Of a stretch of 64,000 bases of DNA, positions 52,500-64,000 are shown in pieces (position 1 is the first letter of the stretch; each line of letters begins with the position of its first letter). The stretch is from NCBI GenBank assembly GCA_976551045.1, contig CDPCPM010000013.1:10416001-10480000 (forward strand), written 5' to 3'. Position numbers and translations under genes: made by a program. The notes beneath the pieces are model-generated. The model was not told the DNA's origin. It was given only the letters and a program-made list of their open reading frames with translations, and did no database searches. This DNA comes from Glaucostegus cemiculus (Eukaryota).

Positions 52500-54500
52500 A
52501 ACATGAGCAAGTGGAAATAAGGATGTTTACAGTATACATGACACTTCTGAAGAGAGTGGTAAAGATATTACACTTAAGGTATCTTGTTGACTGAGGAAGC
52601 AGCTATAGGTATGTATATTGGACTGTCATAGGCCAGAAGAATAGATTAAATCCTTCACCACTTCCACTGAGGTGCAGCAAGATACTGTTGGGCACTTGTG
52701 CAGGTGGGACCCTCTGCCTGTGCAAGTGGGAGCCCTAAGTTGCAGGTAATATGAACATTGATCTGCTGATAAAAGCAAATAGGTCTAGTTGCCAATGAAA
52801 GTCATGGGTCATGAGCATGCACTGTCAATCATGAGAGTAGACTGGATTGAAGGACTGTGCTTTTGAAAGGATCAGAGCCTTGGGGACCGAGGAGATACAG
52901 AAGCCAATCAGACTGGGGTGCCCTGGACCTGCCTGCACAGACCACTGATCAGGTGGGCTTGTTGGGCACCAGAAAGTCTCCAACCAACAGAAACATATGA
53001 AAGAGGTACAGACAGGTTAACAGAGAGTGATTTAATGGCTATATTGTAATTAACTGTAAACAGTGTGAAGGTGGAGAACAGTCACTCCAGAAGGAGATAC
53101 TCAGAGGGATCATGAGAGTGGAAAGAAAACTGATTCAGTGAGAGAACGGAGAATATGAAGAGAAGAGATTGCAGCAATGTAGATGGCTCAGTCCATGAGA
53201 TTGTGTATGGGGAGCAGAGAATGCATAGTAAGGCAGCAGCACCAGCTCAGATGGAACCAAACTATGGCCCACCTGACAGGGATTACAAAGCTTGGACTAG
53301 GAAAGGAAGCCAGGCAGTTAAAACAAGACCTTCCTAGGAGGAGACACAACCACAATTTGGTAGAGATTTGTACATGTAGTGTGCCAACAAAACTGAACAA
53401 AAGTGGCATAGGACCAAGGAACATGGTGGAATCCATGTGAGGGTTCATCCTCTACGAGAATTATGGATTCACAGCGCTTAGTGTTCAGTTGCCAGACAAC
53501 AAAACTGGGACACATGTACTTGGCCCCTCTGATCAGCAAGTAAGCCAGGTGTTACATCATGACGGTTGAATGCAGAAGCACCTGTGAAGACAACTTTCAG
53601 ATTGAAAAACAATCCTGCAAAACAAAGTTGTGGGCTAGTTAGAGAATTGGACCAAGGAGATTTGTCACAGAAAATATAAGATGTTTTGAGTCAGGGCCAA
53701 TGAAAGATGATCCATTATGATAAGTCTGAATCAAAGTCATCACTTTAACAGTAGCTTCACAGTACTGGAATAATGGGAGTACTTACAAAACTTGCAGGCA
53801 AACAATTCAGAGGAATAATCAGTAATCCACTTGGACAACTGGAAAGGATCAGTTGACAGAAGCTCTCAGAAAGCAGCTGTGCAAGTACAGGAGTTCACAA
53901 ACAAAATAAGAAGCAATAGACTAAGCATTAGATGCTGTGATAAAGTGATAACCGTCAAGTCTGGTAAAGTTGGTACAGGCAGAAAGGATGAGATTGTGAA
54001 AAGTCTTGAGTATGTAAAGTCATGGGTGTGCAAAGTATTGGGAAGAACTCATTGTCTGCAAGAGTCTTGCTGTTTACAGAATTGGTGAAGGACTAAGTCA
54101 AGTACAGACTGAGTCAGATGTTTTGAGAGAGAACTGCATTGTAATTAGAAGCAGTTCTAAAGTTCTGAAGGTCCTCTGGAGGATGCCACAGTGATCATGG
54201 ACTTATTAATGTTAACACAATGCAGCACATTCACAGTGCAATAGAACACACTGAAAACAGTCACATCAGAGTTGAAAGCCTTGGCGATGGTCCAGAAAGA
54301 GAAGAGAAAGTCAGAGGAGAGGACTTCATTATTCAAAAGTTATGGTAGGAAAGAAGGAAAGTCTAGTGTCTACATGAATCACTGGGACGTCAGGAAGCAA
54401 AGCAGTGTGAAAACAATGGTACAAGGATGGAGAATTTCAAGAAGCAAGATAGAGATTATTGCATTTGAGTTCATGATATCCAGTAGTGCACTAAATATAA
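52500..54500 (+). mobile_element. Heavily decayed Gypsy pol remnant
   Basis: IMRVDWIEGL (~52830, protease end like GRDWL), MIHYDKS..TLTVASQY/GIMGVL (~53710-53785, RNase H start like HYDP..L..DAS.YG.GAVL) and KYWEELIVC (~54035). Confidence 0.5.
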
Positions 54501-57500
54501 AGTATTATTGTAACTACTGCAGTCATTGATAAAAGATATTGGACTCTATGTTAATTCTTATGTTGTTAGTTCAGAGTATACAGTTGGCTCTGAGGAAATG
54601 GTGGATCAGAATACATAATAAAATGTATTCAAAATCATGAAGACAATTTTTTTTATGAGGCATTTGTGAGAATGAAATTGTATGAAGCCTACAGGGAGAA
54701 CTGGAATCACTGATGTTTGGACTGGACATTCCAGAGATGAACAGTACAGTTTGCAATGAAGAACTCCATAAGTGAGAAAACCAAAAATAGAATTAATTCA
54801 TAATTGGTTGAATTAATGATTGCATATTATTACACATGTTTAATCAATTATTCAACCACCTGTATTAATCATTTAAATTATTATATGGGTTTATTTTCTT
54901 TTTAAAGGAGACGTATTAGATTAGGATATTTTTGAGAACTGGTTTGAATCACGGGTCTGACCTATTCATTATGGTACCCAGACACGGCAGCTCAGTTAAG
55001 AATTATTGCCTTCAGTAAACAACGTTCTGTTCTAACTCCAACTCTGTTAGCTTGACCATGTTTGAAGCCACATACAGGAACTCACAGATTCTATAAACCA
55101 TTTCAGATTTTGATAAGACAAGTCTTTCCAATGGAATTTATAAAAGAGAAGCATTCTTCACATCTAAATATAATTCATTTCCTGGTGATGCTCCAGGATT
55201 AAATTCTCTTTGATGGCATTTTGCTTAACATGTAGCTATTGGATTCCCAAGGTACGATTTCAAGTATCCATTTTATTTTGATACGACTGTATTACAAGTG
55301 CTGAGAAAGTCTTTCAATAGGTAGGATGCAATAGGTAGAGTGTAAGAAACAAAACTTCTGGGAGCTTCAAGAGAACTATCACTTGAAAAACTGTTAAATG
55401 CTCTGCCAATTTAGAGTACTTTAACTTCAATAGCAAAAACCTCTTAAATCAGTTGCAGCAACAAATGCTTAAATGGAGGGAAGTCAAACATCCATTTCCA
55501 TCTCAATGGGACTACAATCTGATTGTGGAGATATTCACATTTTGCTGAGCTGCACTATACATTTGGTAAAAATTAATTTTATCTTAATTGTTTTGGTTCA
55601 CTGATTTTTATGCATTATATCCATTTAAAAATAACAGTATACGTTGTGCAGTTTATCCCTTAATACTGTCAGTTTAGGCTTCCTAAGCAGATTTTAAACT
55701 GTGATTCACCTCAATACTTAAAGAGTTAGCATTTTATCCACTGTACAAGGTATAGATGGTTACTTTTCTAGGTACACTAAAATAAACTGCTTTAAATACG
55801 GTTCCCAACATCTTGAAGATTAAAAAAATAGCAAATACAATTTTTCTGCTAATGTACCTGCAGAGTACAGCATTTACAGTTTTCAAAGAAGTTTTTGATA
55901 TCAAAACAATTGAAAGTAAAATGTTTGCAATATTTTCATATAAGCTAGAAGCCATAATAATATTTTAAATTTTTTTATATATTGACTATATTGCTGGAGG
56001 CAATCTTCTCTAACAGATGGAAGAAATATGCTTCTATTATACTATCAATATTCCCATGGGATCAAGTCAGCTCAGAACAAAGGCACTTAACCTTTGTGAC
56101 TCCAGAAGCAGTGTCTGAAGCTAGAGTGTTGGGCTCAGGAGGAAGACTGAGAAAAACAATAGAAGACAGGAAGCAGGACACAGATGACTAGACAGGCCTA
56201 TGATCAAACTAAATTAGTCACTGACAACAGGATAGGAACTGTTCAGTGGAACCAGGATGGATATTAAACAATAACGCGACAGGAAGAGATGTCAGACCTT
56301 GCGTTGTTAGCTTCCTTTGGATAAACAGTCCAGCACGTACTCTCCATCTGAGTAGCAATGCATTCTTGCAGCTGAACAGATCTGTAAAGGTTAACCTCTG
56401 GAGAGAGCCTTGTCAATATATAACAATATTTTAAAGTAACAATGGTTAAAAGCCATTTGCTTGACAGACCCTAGAGACAGACACAAGAAAATAATTCAAT
56501 TCCAAGATACTGTAACAGAACATTTTAAAATTAGTTAAGTATTATGGGTTGAATACATCACTGGAATAAATTCAGAGCCTTGAATAGTCATCCAAGGACA
56601 TTCCAGTATAAATAAATGTTTAAAATACATTGAAGTGTCTGAATTTTTAAAAGTTAGATTTTGATTATCTCTACATTTCTACAGAAACCAGTTTAGTGAT
56701 AGGTGCTCTGGATTCTGAGGTAGAGTATTAGGATTGGCATGAAGGGTGTATGCAGTAATTTGACTGGTTTTGGAGAGGTGCATTAAATATAAAAACATAA
56801 TGTATACGTGCACAAGATCTCACATACATTTCTGTAACTCGCTTAACATTGGGAAGTTGGACATATCCCTACTGCCAGACCCCAACATCCACCAACTGCA
56901 CACACCTCCTTGCTTGCCAGAGCTCTCAGCTCACTAAGTACCAATAAAGAGCTCTGCTTTGAAATCATTGACAAATGCTTGTCATGGTCCTGGCTGATGA
57001 GCAGCTCATGCCTCTGGAATCCAGTGACCTTTGATACAAAACTGTCGAATGGAGGTTCAGTGTTTGCTTACAGCAAGGAGAGAAAGATTGAGTGAGAAAC
57101 AATAACAATTGCAACAATAAAGGCTTTTAATGTGGACGGATGTCCTAAGGCATTTCACAAAGGTTCAATTTGCCAAAAACAAACAGCAACATAGGAGATT
57201 TTAAATATATCCAAAATTCTGATCAGTGAGGTGTGTTTTAAACTGGACTATAAAGAAAGTGAGGGAGGTGGGGAAGCAGCTGCTTTAGAAAGGGGCGGAT
57301 TCCAGAAATCATGGCCTATACTGATGATGACAAGGCTGCCAAGAGGGGACAGTAGGGGAGGTAGGAGGACGAAAGAATGGTTTGGAGGAGGACCTTCAGC
57401 AGTGACAGCTTTCCACAACAGAAAGTCAGTGAGAGCACTTCATAGCTCTTGGGTGCCTTTCAGTGGCTGGTTGCAGATTGCAGTGGAATGCAAAGTTTGA

Positions 57501-57899
57501 CTGCAAATGAATATGCTGTGGAACAGAGAAATTAAAGTGGAGGGTGCGTGGGTGAGCTTGGCAATCAGAAGGAAGCATTTCAAATAAGACTTCCAGTTTA
57601 GAGGCATAATCATATTTTCCTCCACACATAACTGTCAGGAGTCAAAGACAATGGGCCAGATTTCACTGGGAAAAGCCAGCAGTTCTGTACAGATTGCCAA
57701 CATTCCTCAGCCCTGGGACTCTCCCGTGAATATAGAAGCTCTAGTTTAACTGACCGGACATTTCCGGTTCTACCGGACTCCATTGGCAGAGCTCTACCTT
57801 ACTTAAATTCCACAGCATTTGTGTCTTACTTTCAAAGGAATTAATAAGTGTTAGTTCTTTATTTTTAATAGCCAAAGACATAACAGAAAGCTGGGAAAA

Positions 57900-58130
57900 C
57901 AGGCCTTGCTGTCTGTCAAAGGTTTCTGGAGGCGATTTGTCAGCAGGACTGATGTCACTCCATCACATTTTGAGCTGCTCCCACCACTCAGGGCCTCATC
58001 ATTCAACTCCAGGGCTGTGGTCAAGCAAGATCAATCTTCTGGATTCAGATGTAACGAGTTCAAAGGAGTGCAGATTCTGGACAGCAAAATCTAGGCCATT
58101 GCTATATGGTGACCCATAGATCCCTACATC
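57900..58130 (+). mobile_element. Possible Tx1/L1 LINE 3' remnant
   Basis: Weak resemblance of FWRRFVSRTDVT...RCNE...SKI to a recalled Tx1 ORF2 C-terminus. Confidence 0.3.
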
Positions 58131-59567
58131 TTCAGAGTCTACAAGGCTCGGGAGATAGTAGGATTCAGCACATTGTAGTGGGCTATGGTGGTAACCTATC
58201 AAAAATAGACTGATACAAACACATGAATTCGGCTACTCAACCTCTGGAGCCTGCTCCCTATTTAATATCATGGCTGATGTGATTGTAACAACAAATCTGC
58301 ATTTATGTCTACATGGTAACATTTCAGCTCCTTGTTTACCCAGCACTGGTTCACTCCTTCCTTAAAAATATCCAAGAACACTTCTTCAATTGCCCTTTGA
58401 GAATAAGGGTTCTCGAGTCTTGCAAACCTGTGAGAAGAAAATGCCCCATCTATTTGCAAAACATTGAATCAGAACCAAATTGTAATAACCCAATCAAACC
58501 TTCAAGAAAACTGTTCTATTACACAATTAGTAACAAGGTCAAACAGTTTACATTATCCAAATAAATACAAATCTCATGTAAGAGTCTATGGAAGACCTCA
58601 GAACCACTTAGCCACAACTACAGTTTGAAGGCAAAGACTGCTCAATCAATCCAGGAAACAAACAGTTCTCAAGAGGAAACCACACAATGCTCTCACATCC
58701 CTTCTGCTGTTCCAAAGCCCTGACAACAGCAAATTTAGGCATATCTTCTCTGATTATGGACCTTGGCACCACTTCCAACTCCAGTCCAAAGAAGTTATCC
58801 CCATCAATCCCAAAATCTTTTTTATTCACATGATCAAACAACTTCCAGTAGGATGGCAAGTACTTCCTCCCACATGACAGATCACTGTAGCAACCAGCTT
58901 TAATTAACCTGTTTACCACATTAACCAATACACAACTGTGTTTTTTTAAACAATTGCACCAAGTTTTGAAAACTAAAATACAATGTTTAAATATAACTAT
59001 TTTAATCCAATTACAAAATTCTTGCTTTCTTCTACATCAAGTTACACATGTCTATCTTAAATGGGCAAACCATTATTCTTAAATAATGACCTCCCCAGTT
59101 GTAGATTCTTACACATGAGAAAGTATCCTCTCCCCATGAACACTATTAAGGCTCAATCAAATCCATGAAGATTCTCATTCTGCATCAAGTGCAGACACTA
59201 TCATAACACCATGTTGCACGCTGGAGCTTCAACCTTCATGTGGAATGCTCTGAATGTAGCACCTAGGAGTATTCCATGTGGCAGCCATCTGTAACCTTCA
59301 TTTTTCTCCCATGTACCATCATTTTCACAAGAACTACAATACTCTACAGGCTATTGCTACCTTCAACACTCAATTGCACTTTGATTTGGGTGAATGACAT
59401 TGCACTGTGATGGGCCACCACTCAAACTGTAACTGAAGAGACAGACACAAGATTGCAGGCTTCTATGATCACAAAACATCCCAAAGTCCTTTACAGCCAA
59501 TGAGGCGTTTTTGAAATGTATTCACGGTTGTGATATAAAAAGCGCAGCATTTCATTGTGGTGGCAGG

Positions 59568-59717
59568 TAGAGTGGGGGCAGGGGGTATAGGAGAGAGGGG
59601 GTTAGAAGGGGAAGGGGGTAGAATTGGAGTGCAAGGGGGAAGGGGAGGTGGAAAGGGAGGGGGAAGGGGGGTGGAGGGAGAGAGAGTGGGGGGTGTGGAG
59701 AGATGGGGAGTGTGGGA
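59568..59717 (+). repeat. G-rich low-complexity tract with G-quadruplex potential
   Basis: More than ten G3-G6 runs separated by short loops. Confidence 0.8.
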
Positions 59718-60186
59718 ATGCAATCAAAATAAATTACATCTTCATAAATACTATTTGGTCAGAAACAACTTTTGAATTTGCAAAACAGCTGCTCTCATCT
59801 GCACACTTTGCTGCCGATCACATGCTCAGAAATGCCCCTGCATTTTCTGCATAAGCGAGTGAGGCTACAACTGCACAATGAACAAGCGGTCGAGCCTTCT
59901 CTTTCAGACGTACAGCTGGTACAAAGGCTGGCTCCTTTGCTGAGCCACTTGAATCCACACGTGTCCTGAGTCAAGAAGGGAGCAGCAGCAGCTAACACAG
60001 GAGCAACTGGCAGACTGCAGAGTGGCCAGAAGAAGACTCAGGCCATGGTGTACACATACAGTTCTCTTCACCACAACGAACCCTTGGCACCATCACCTCA
60101 GATACCTGGAACTAAAATCTTCCCAGTCAGAGAAAGAAAACAGTGGTAAAGAAGGCTAATGTCAATTCCGGCAAGGAATTTCTTCT

Positions 60187-60388
60187 GTTCTCCCCGTGTC
60201 TGCATGGGTTTCCTCCGGGTGCTCCGGTTCCCTCCCACATTCCAAAGACATACAGGTTAGGAAGTTGTGGCTATGCTATGTTGACGCTGGAAGCATGGTG
60301 ACACTTGAGGACTGCCTCCAGAATATTCTACATAAAAGATGTATTTCACCGTGTGTTTCGATGTACATGTGACTAAGAAAGATATCTA
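60187..60388 (+). mobile_element. 5'-truncated V-SINE type B
   Basis: V-core plus the GTGTGTTTCGATGTACATGTGACTAAGAAAGATAT tail. Confidence 0.85.
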
Positions 60389-61728
60389 TATTGTGCCATT
60401 TAATTTTATGCCAGCAGCTAGCAACTCGGATGCTGATGTGTGGATTATGTTGGAGAGGGATTTGCTTGTGGTAAATCCCAAGGCAGAAATGTACAGGAGC
60501 CAGAATAGGTGCCAGCCTCCGGGAGGAGAGCTTGCACGAGTTCCGTTCCAGACAAATCAGATGAGGACTTTGATAAGACATCCCACAGAAGAAAGCTGAA
60601 GGGTGTAAATAGCCAACTGCAGGGTGCACAAGAAGGCCTGCCAGAAAACCTGTGCTCAGTACCAAGGGGCATGCAGAATTTAGCACTGACCTGGCCCAGG
60701 GCTTTGTGCAGAGCTTGAAACCCATCTCTCCCAGTGTGGAACAGATGGCCCACTCCTTCAGCAGACAGGTGGAGTCCAGCACCATGCCCAATGCCATGAC
60801 TTCCACTCAATGCTGACGACTGGGTCAGGGTGTTCTACTGACATCAAAGCATGAGCAGGTTTGCAATGTCTCAGGACACTCCAGCAATATGTCCCCCAAA
60901 AGATTATTCAGTGGCTGGAACACTATTGCAGGTGGGTCATGGTAGTTGTATGACCCACAAACACCAGGCCTCCCTCACAGAGCCAGCACTTTCACTCCCA
61001 CCTCTGCCAGTGAGCAGAGGAAGATGAGAAATAGGAATAGGCTATTTGTCCCATAGGGCCTTCCCTTTCATTCAGTAGAATGGTGCTGGTTTTGACCCCG
61101 ACTCCACGTTCCCAGCCTATTCCTTTGGTTCTCTTGTTACAGCCTGTCAGCCAGCCCAGACTGTTCCAACAGCTCTCTGGGCCCAGACCATCTGGTCCCC
61201 TCATTGGGAGCTTGGAAGCCCTGCAACCAATGGGGAAGGGTAATGTATGAGCACTAGGAGAGGCAAAGGTGCACAGAAATCAGGCACAGCAGTGATTAGT
61301 TTACTTTTGTTCACATATGTCATGATTGAGTTCATAAATTTGGTTTGCAATGGGCAATTCTGGTGTTTTTTTTATTTCTTGTGTTAGAAATGCATTGTCC
61401 AGTGATGGAGGAAATGTAAAGGAAGGAGCTTTTGGTGGATGGAAAGTTGTAGGTAAGGTTACCTGATTTGCTCATGAATTATTGGATCACATAGAGGCTG
61501 GACAGAATTGGGCTGTTTCTCCACTTCCTTCTCCTTCTGTTCCTCAGCCTAATGGGTGGAGATACAGCTCATTCCCTCCTCTGCAACACAGCACCACAAT
61601 CCTTGATTCTTCCTCCACCATTACTGTGGGACTTCCCTAGAGCATTGCTTGGGGACACGTGATGTGTTCTACGCACACGTTCCAGACCAGGGTTGTAAGC
61701 CACATCTTGGGGTGGATAAACCTTATAA

Positions 61729-62020
61729 GAGATATCTTTATTAGTCACATGTACATCGAAACACACAGTGAAATGCATCCTTTGCTTAGAGTGGTCTGGG
61801 GGCAGCCCGTAAGTGTTGCTGCGCTTCTGGCACCAACATAGCATGCCCACAACTTCCTAACCCCTACGTCTTTGGAATGTGGAAAAAAACCGGAGCACCC
61901 GGAGGAAACCCATGCAGACACAGGGGGAACATACAAACTCCTTACACACAGCGGCCAGAATTGAAACCGGGTCACTGGCGCTGTAATAGCGTTGCACTAA
62001 CCACTACACTACCGTGCCTG
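61729..62020 (-). mobile_element. V-SINE type B inserted in the Harbinger transposase
   Basis: Full-length copy of the 8524 family. Confidence 0.9.
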
Positions 62021-64000
62021 TCATTGACCTGCCATGGTTACACAAATTGAGGACATCATGACAACTGCCATGGAGATAAACCTTTACCTGAAGGATGATT
62101 TCCCTGTAGTCATGCACTGAGGGAGTGAAGTCCCCTTCAGTCCATGAAAATCAATGACATCACATGAGGTGCTCTCAAAGCAAGCTGCACATAGTCAATG
62201 GCACTCCTGCTCCTTGGGAAAGCCTTGCATACTTTCTGCCTGCTTCGATTTGGGAGAGGAAGGAGATGAAGCCTCACTCTGTATGGAGTCTGACAAACTC
62301 CCCTATGCAGTAGTGTGCTGCAAACCCTGACATATAGCTTTGATTTCCAGCAGTGACTCAGAAGGAACCAGAAATAAAGTTATGAGCCAAAGTCAGCTCC
62401 ACAGAGGCAAGAAATGTGGTCAATGTTCTTCTTTGAATTTGGAACTGTGGCTACAGCAGTTGGCAGGTTTAAATTACAAGCTCTGTTGTGCAGCTCAAAC
62501 ATTTCAAGACTTGATCCTCATTAAAGCCGAGCTAAGAGAATCACTCCCTAAAGATCCTCAGCAGATATAACCTGCTGCTGGGCTGGACTGGGAAGCTCAG
62601 AAATGTCTCACGTTTGTTTTTAATAAACCAACAAGGAGCATTTTTTCTAGGTTACTGTTATTTTGGATTGGCACAATTTAACAAACCATGGATAAATAAA
62701 TAATTTCTCAGTATATTTAATAAATAGTACTTTATGTTTTACTCTGTTACAAATTTATCAGATTCAAGACTATCACAGCACCCACATTGTTACTCTTTGC
62801 TTGGACAATCTCATTAAATTAATCCATGATGAAAGTACTGATTAAACAGGGCCTGATATCAACATGATCATAAGCAGCACTGAGGAACTAGGACAAATTC
62901 TATTTCAGGCCTCCATGCCTGTCAGCATCAAAAAACTCTTGGACAGGGGTAGCAGAGCCAGATGCAAAGAGAAATTCACCTGCCCCGTGCCAACTACAGA
63001 TGAGCACTCAGTGTGACTTTTTCCATTAGTCACATTTGTAGAATTCTCACTTCAAGAGACCAAGCTAGTACCCACCATGGGGATATATTGCACTGTGGGG
63101 CCTGAACTGTGCTCAGACAGTTCAAGCTGTTGGCAAACAGAGCAGCCTTTCAACACCAGCAGTCCTTGTCACAGCCGACTTGAGGCCCCAGAGGGAAGAA
63201 CACTATTCTAATCCATCCTCACCCTGGATACTTTAATTTTTAATGAATAGTTTAATTGGTTTGTTCATAAATATTAACTAATGTTTAAGAAATCTGAGAT
63301 CCATGTATGATTGGTCACAGCAAGTGTTCCTTATTACCGTTGTAGAGAAATAAAGATATTCTCTGCCAATTTGAGGAAAAAGGCAGAAAGATGCCCAACA
63401 CTGAATATTCATACTATTGTCAACAAGAGCTTTACCGACTTGGGCTCTGACAGTGGTCAAGACATTGCTTTAGGCAATCACAAAACAGTCAACCTCTTTA
63501 GCGACCCAGTTACACCCCACCTGATCAGTTTTACCAATCTGCTAATGCATTTTATGCATCATGGCCAAAGGACTAAGTTCACCCTCCTGTGTTAAGAAGT
63601 TGAGGAACAATTACCCAGATAGTCTACCCTATTTCATTTGCAATGTGTTAGCAGATTGCAGAATTATTCGGGAGGAAGATTTGATATTTTATGATCCTTC
63701 CCTTTGTAAAGCAACTTGCTGGATGCAAAAAAAAAATGGCTTTTATACTTCCCCAGAGTTTCCAGAGATGTGCTGCAGTGTTCTTGTATTGCACAGGACC
63801 CAAATGCTAGTAGTCAGTAGCACTGCAACAATGTTAAAGGCAGCAAAATAATCCTCTTACTGATGTTTGCCTAACAGAATTTCAATTCTACATTTGCTCT
63901 TTTCTTAATGAGATTAACTCTCTGGAACAATCAGATAGAAGGAAAGCATTTTTGTTATATCTTTGACATTTGTGATGAGATAAAATAAATAAAATTGATG

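Larger units (their letters stand above)
60000..62560. mobile_element. Decayed two-ORF PIF/Harbinger transposon (accessory ORF on +, transposase on -)
   Basis: Minus strand gives NFISGSF*VTAG (NFISGSF at 62381-62361), GFPKEQ/AIDYVQLALRAP (~62225-62167), RGLHSL, GSCHD (62069-62055), then after the SINE KVYP/MWLTT and SRIVVLCC. Plus ORF 60509..60718 resembles ORF 449..673(-). Confidence 0.8.

Noticed and set aside
54805-54858. Imperfect ~17-bp inverted repeat (TGGTTGAAT...ATTCAACCA)
   Set aside because: Short and AT-rich, compatible with chance, and not matching any miRNA I recognise.
58608-58928. 106-aa minus-strand ORF
   Set aside because: No recognisable motif, splice context or partner exons.
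1-64000. CRISPR array, prokaryotic operon or intact autonomous element
   Set aside because: No regularly spaced direct repeats or gene-dense structure were seen, and every TE coding region is truncated or disrupted by stops and frameshifts.

Overview
This window is repeat-dense, AT-rich vertebrate genomic DNA. The repeat content (HE1/V-SINEs, HER1-like CR1, Rex1, DeuSINE-like and Penelope-type hairpins) points to an elasmobranch (shark or ray). I found no supportable host protein-coding exon, RNA gene or CRISPR array, so this is probably a gene desert or a large intron. Much of it is fossil mobile DNA: four PIF/Harbinger remnants (one with Myb-ORF and DDE transposase convergent), a near full-length decayed Vingi/Ingi LINE, an RTE LINE fragment, CR1, L2 and Rex1 fragments, two Gypsy remnants, a Tigger-like MITE and about 15 SINEs. 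The most notable items are: a 424-bp RTE-5'UTR-derived retroelement with a TSD and a possible HDV-like ribozyme head; TSD-flanked Penelope-type inserts with hammerhead-like cores; one SINE head and core carrying different LINE-type tails; and an orphan CpG-rich island (about 42.8-44.2 kb) with enhancer-like motif clusters. All family calls come from manual translation and recalled consensus motifs, not from database searches, and boundaries of decayed elements are approximate.
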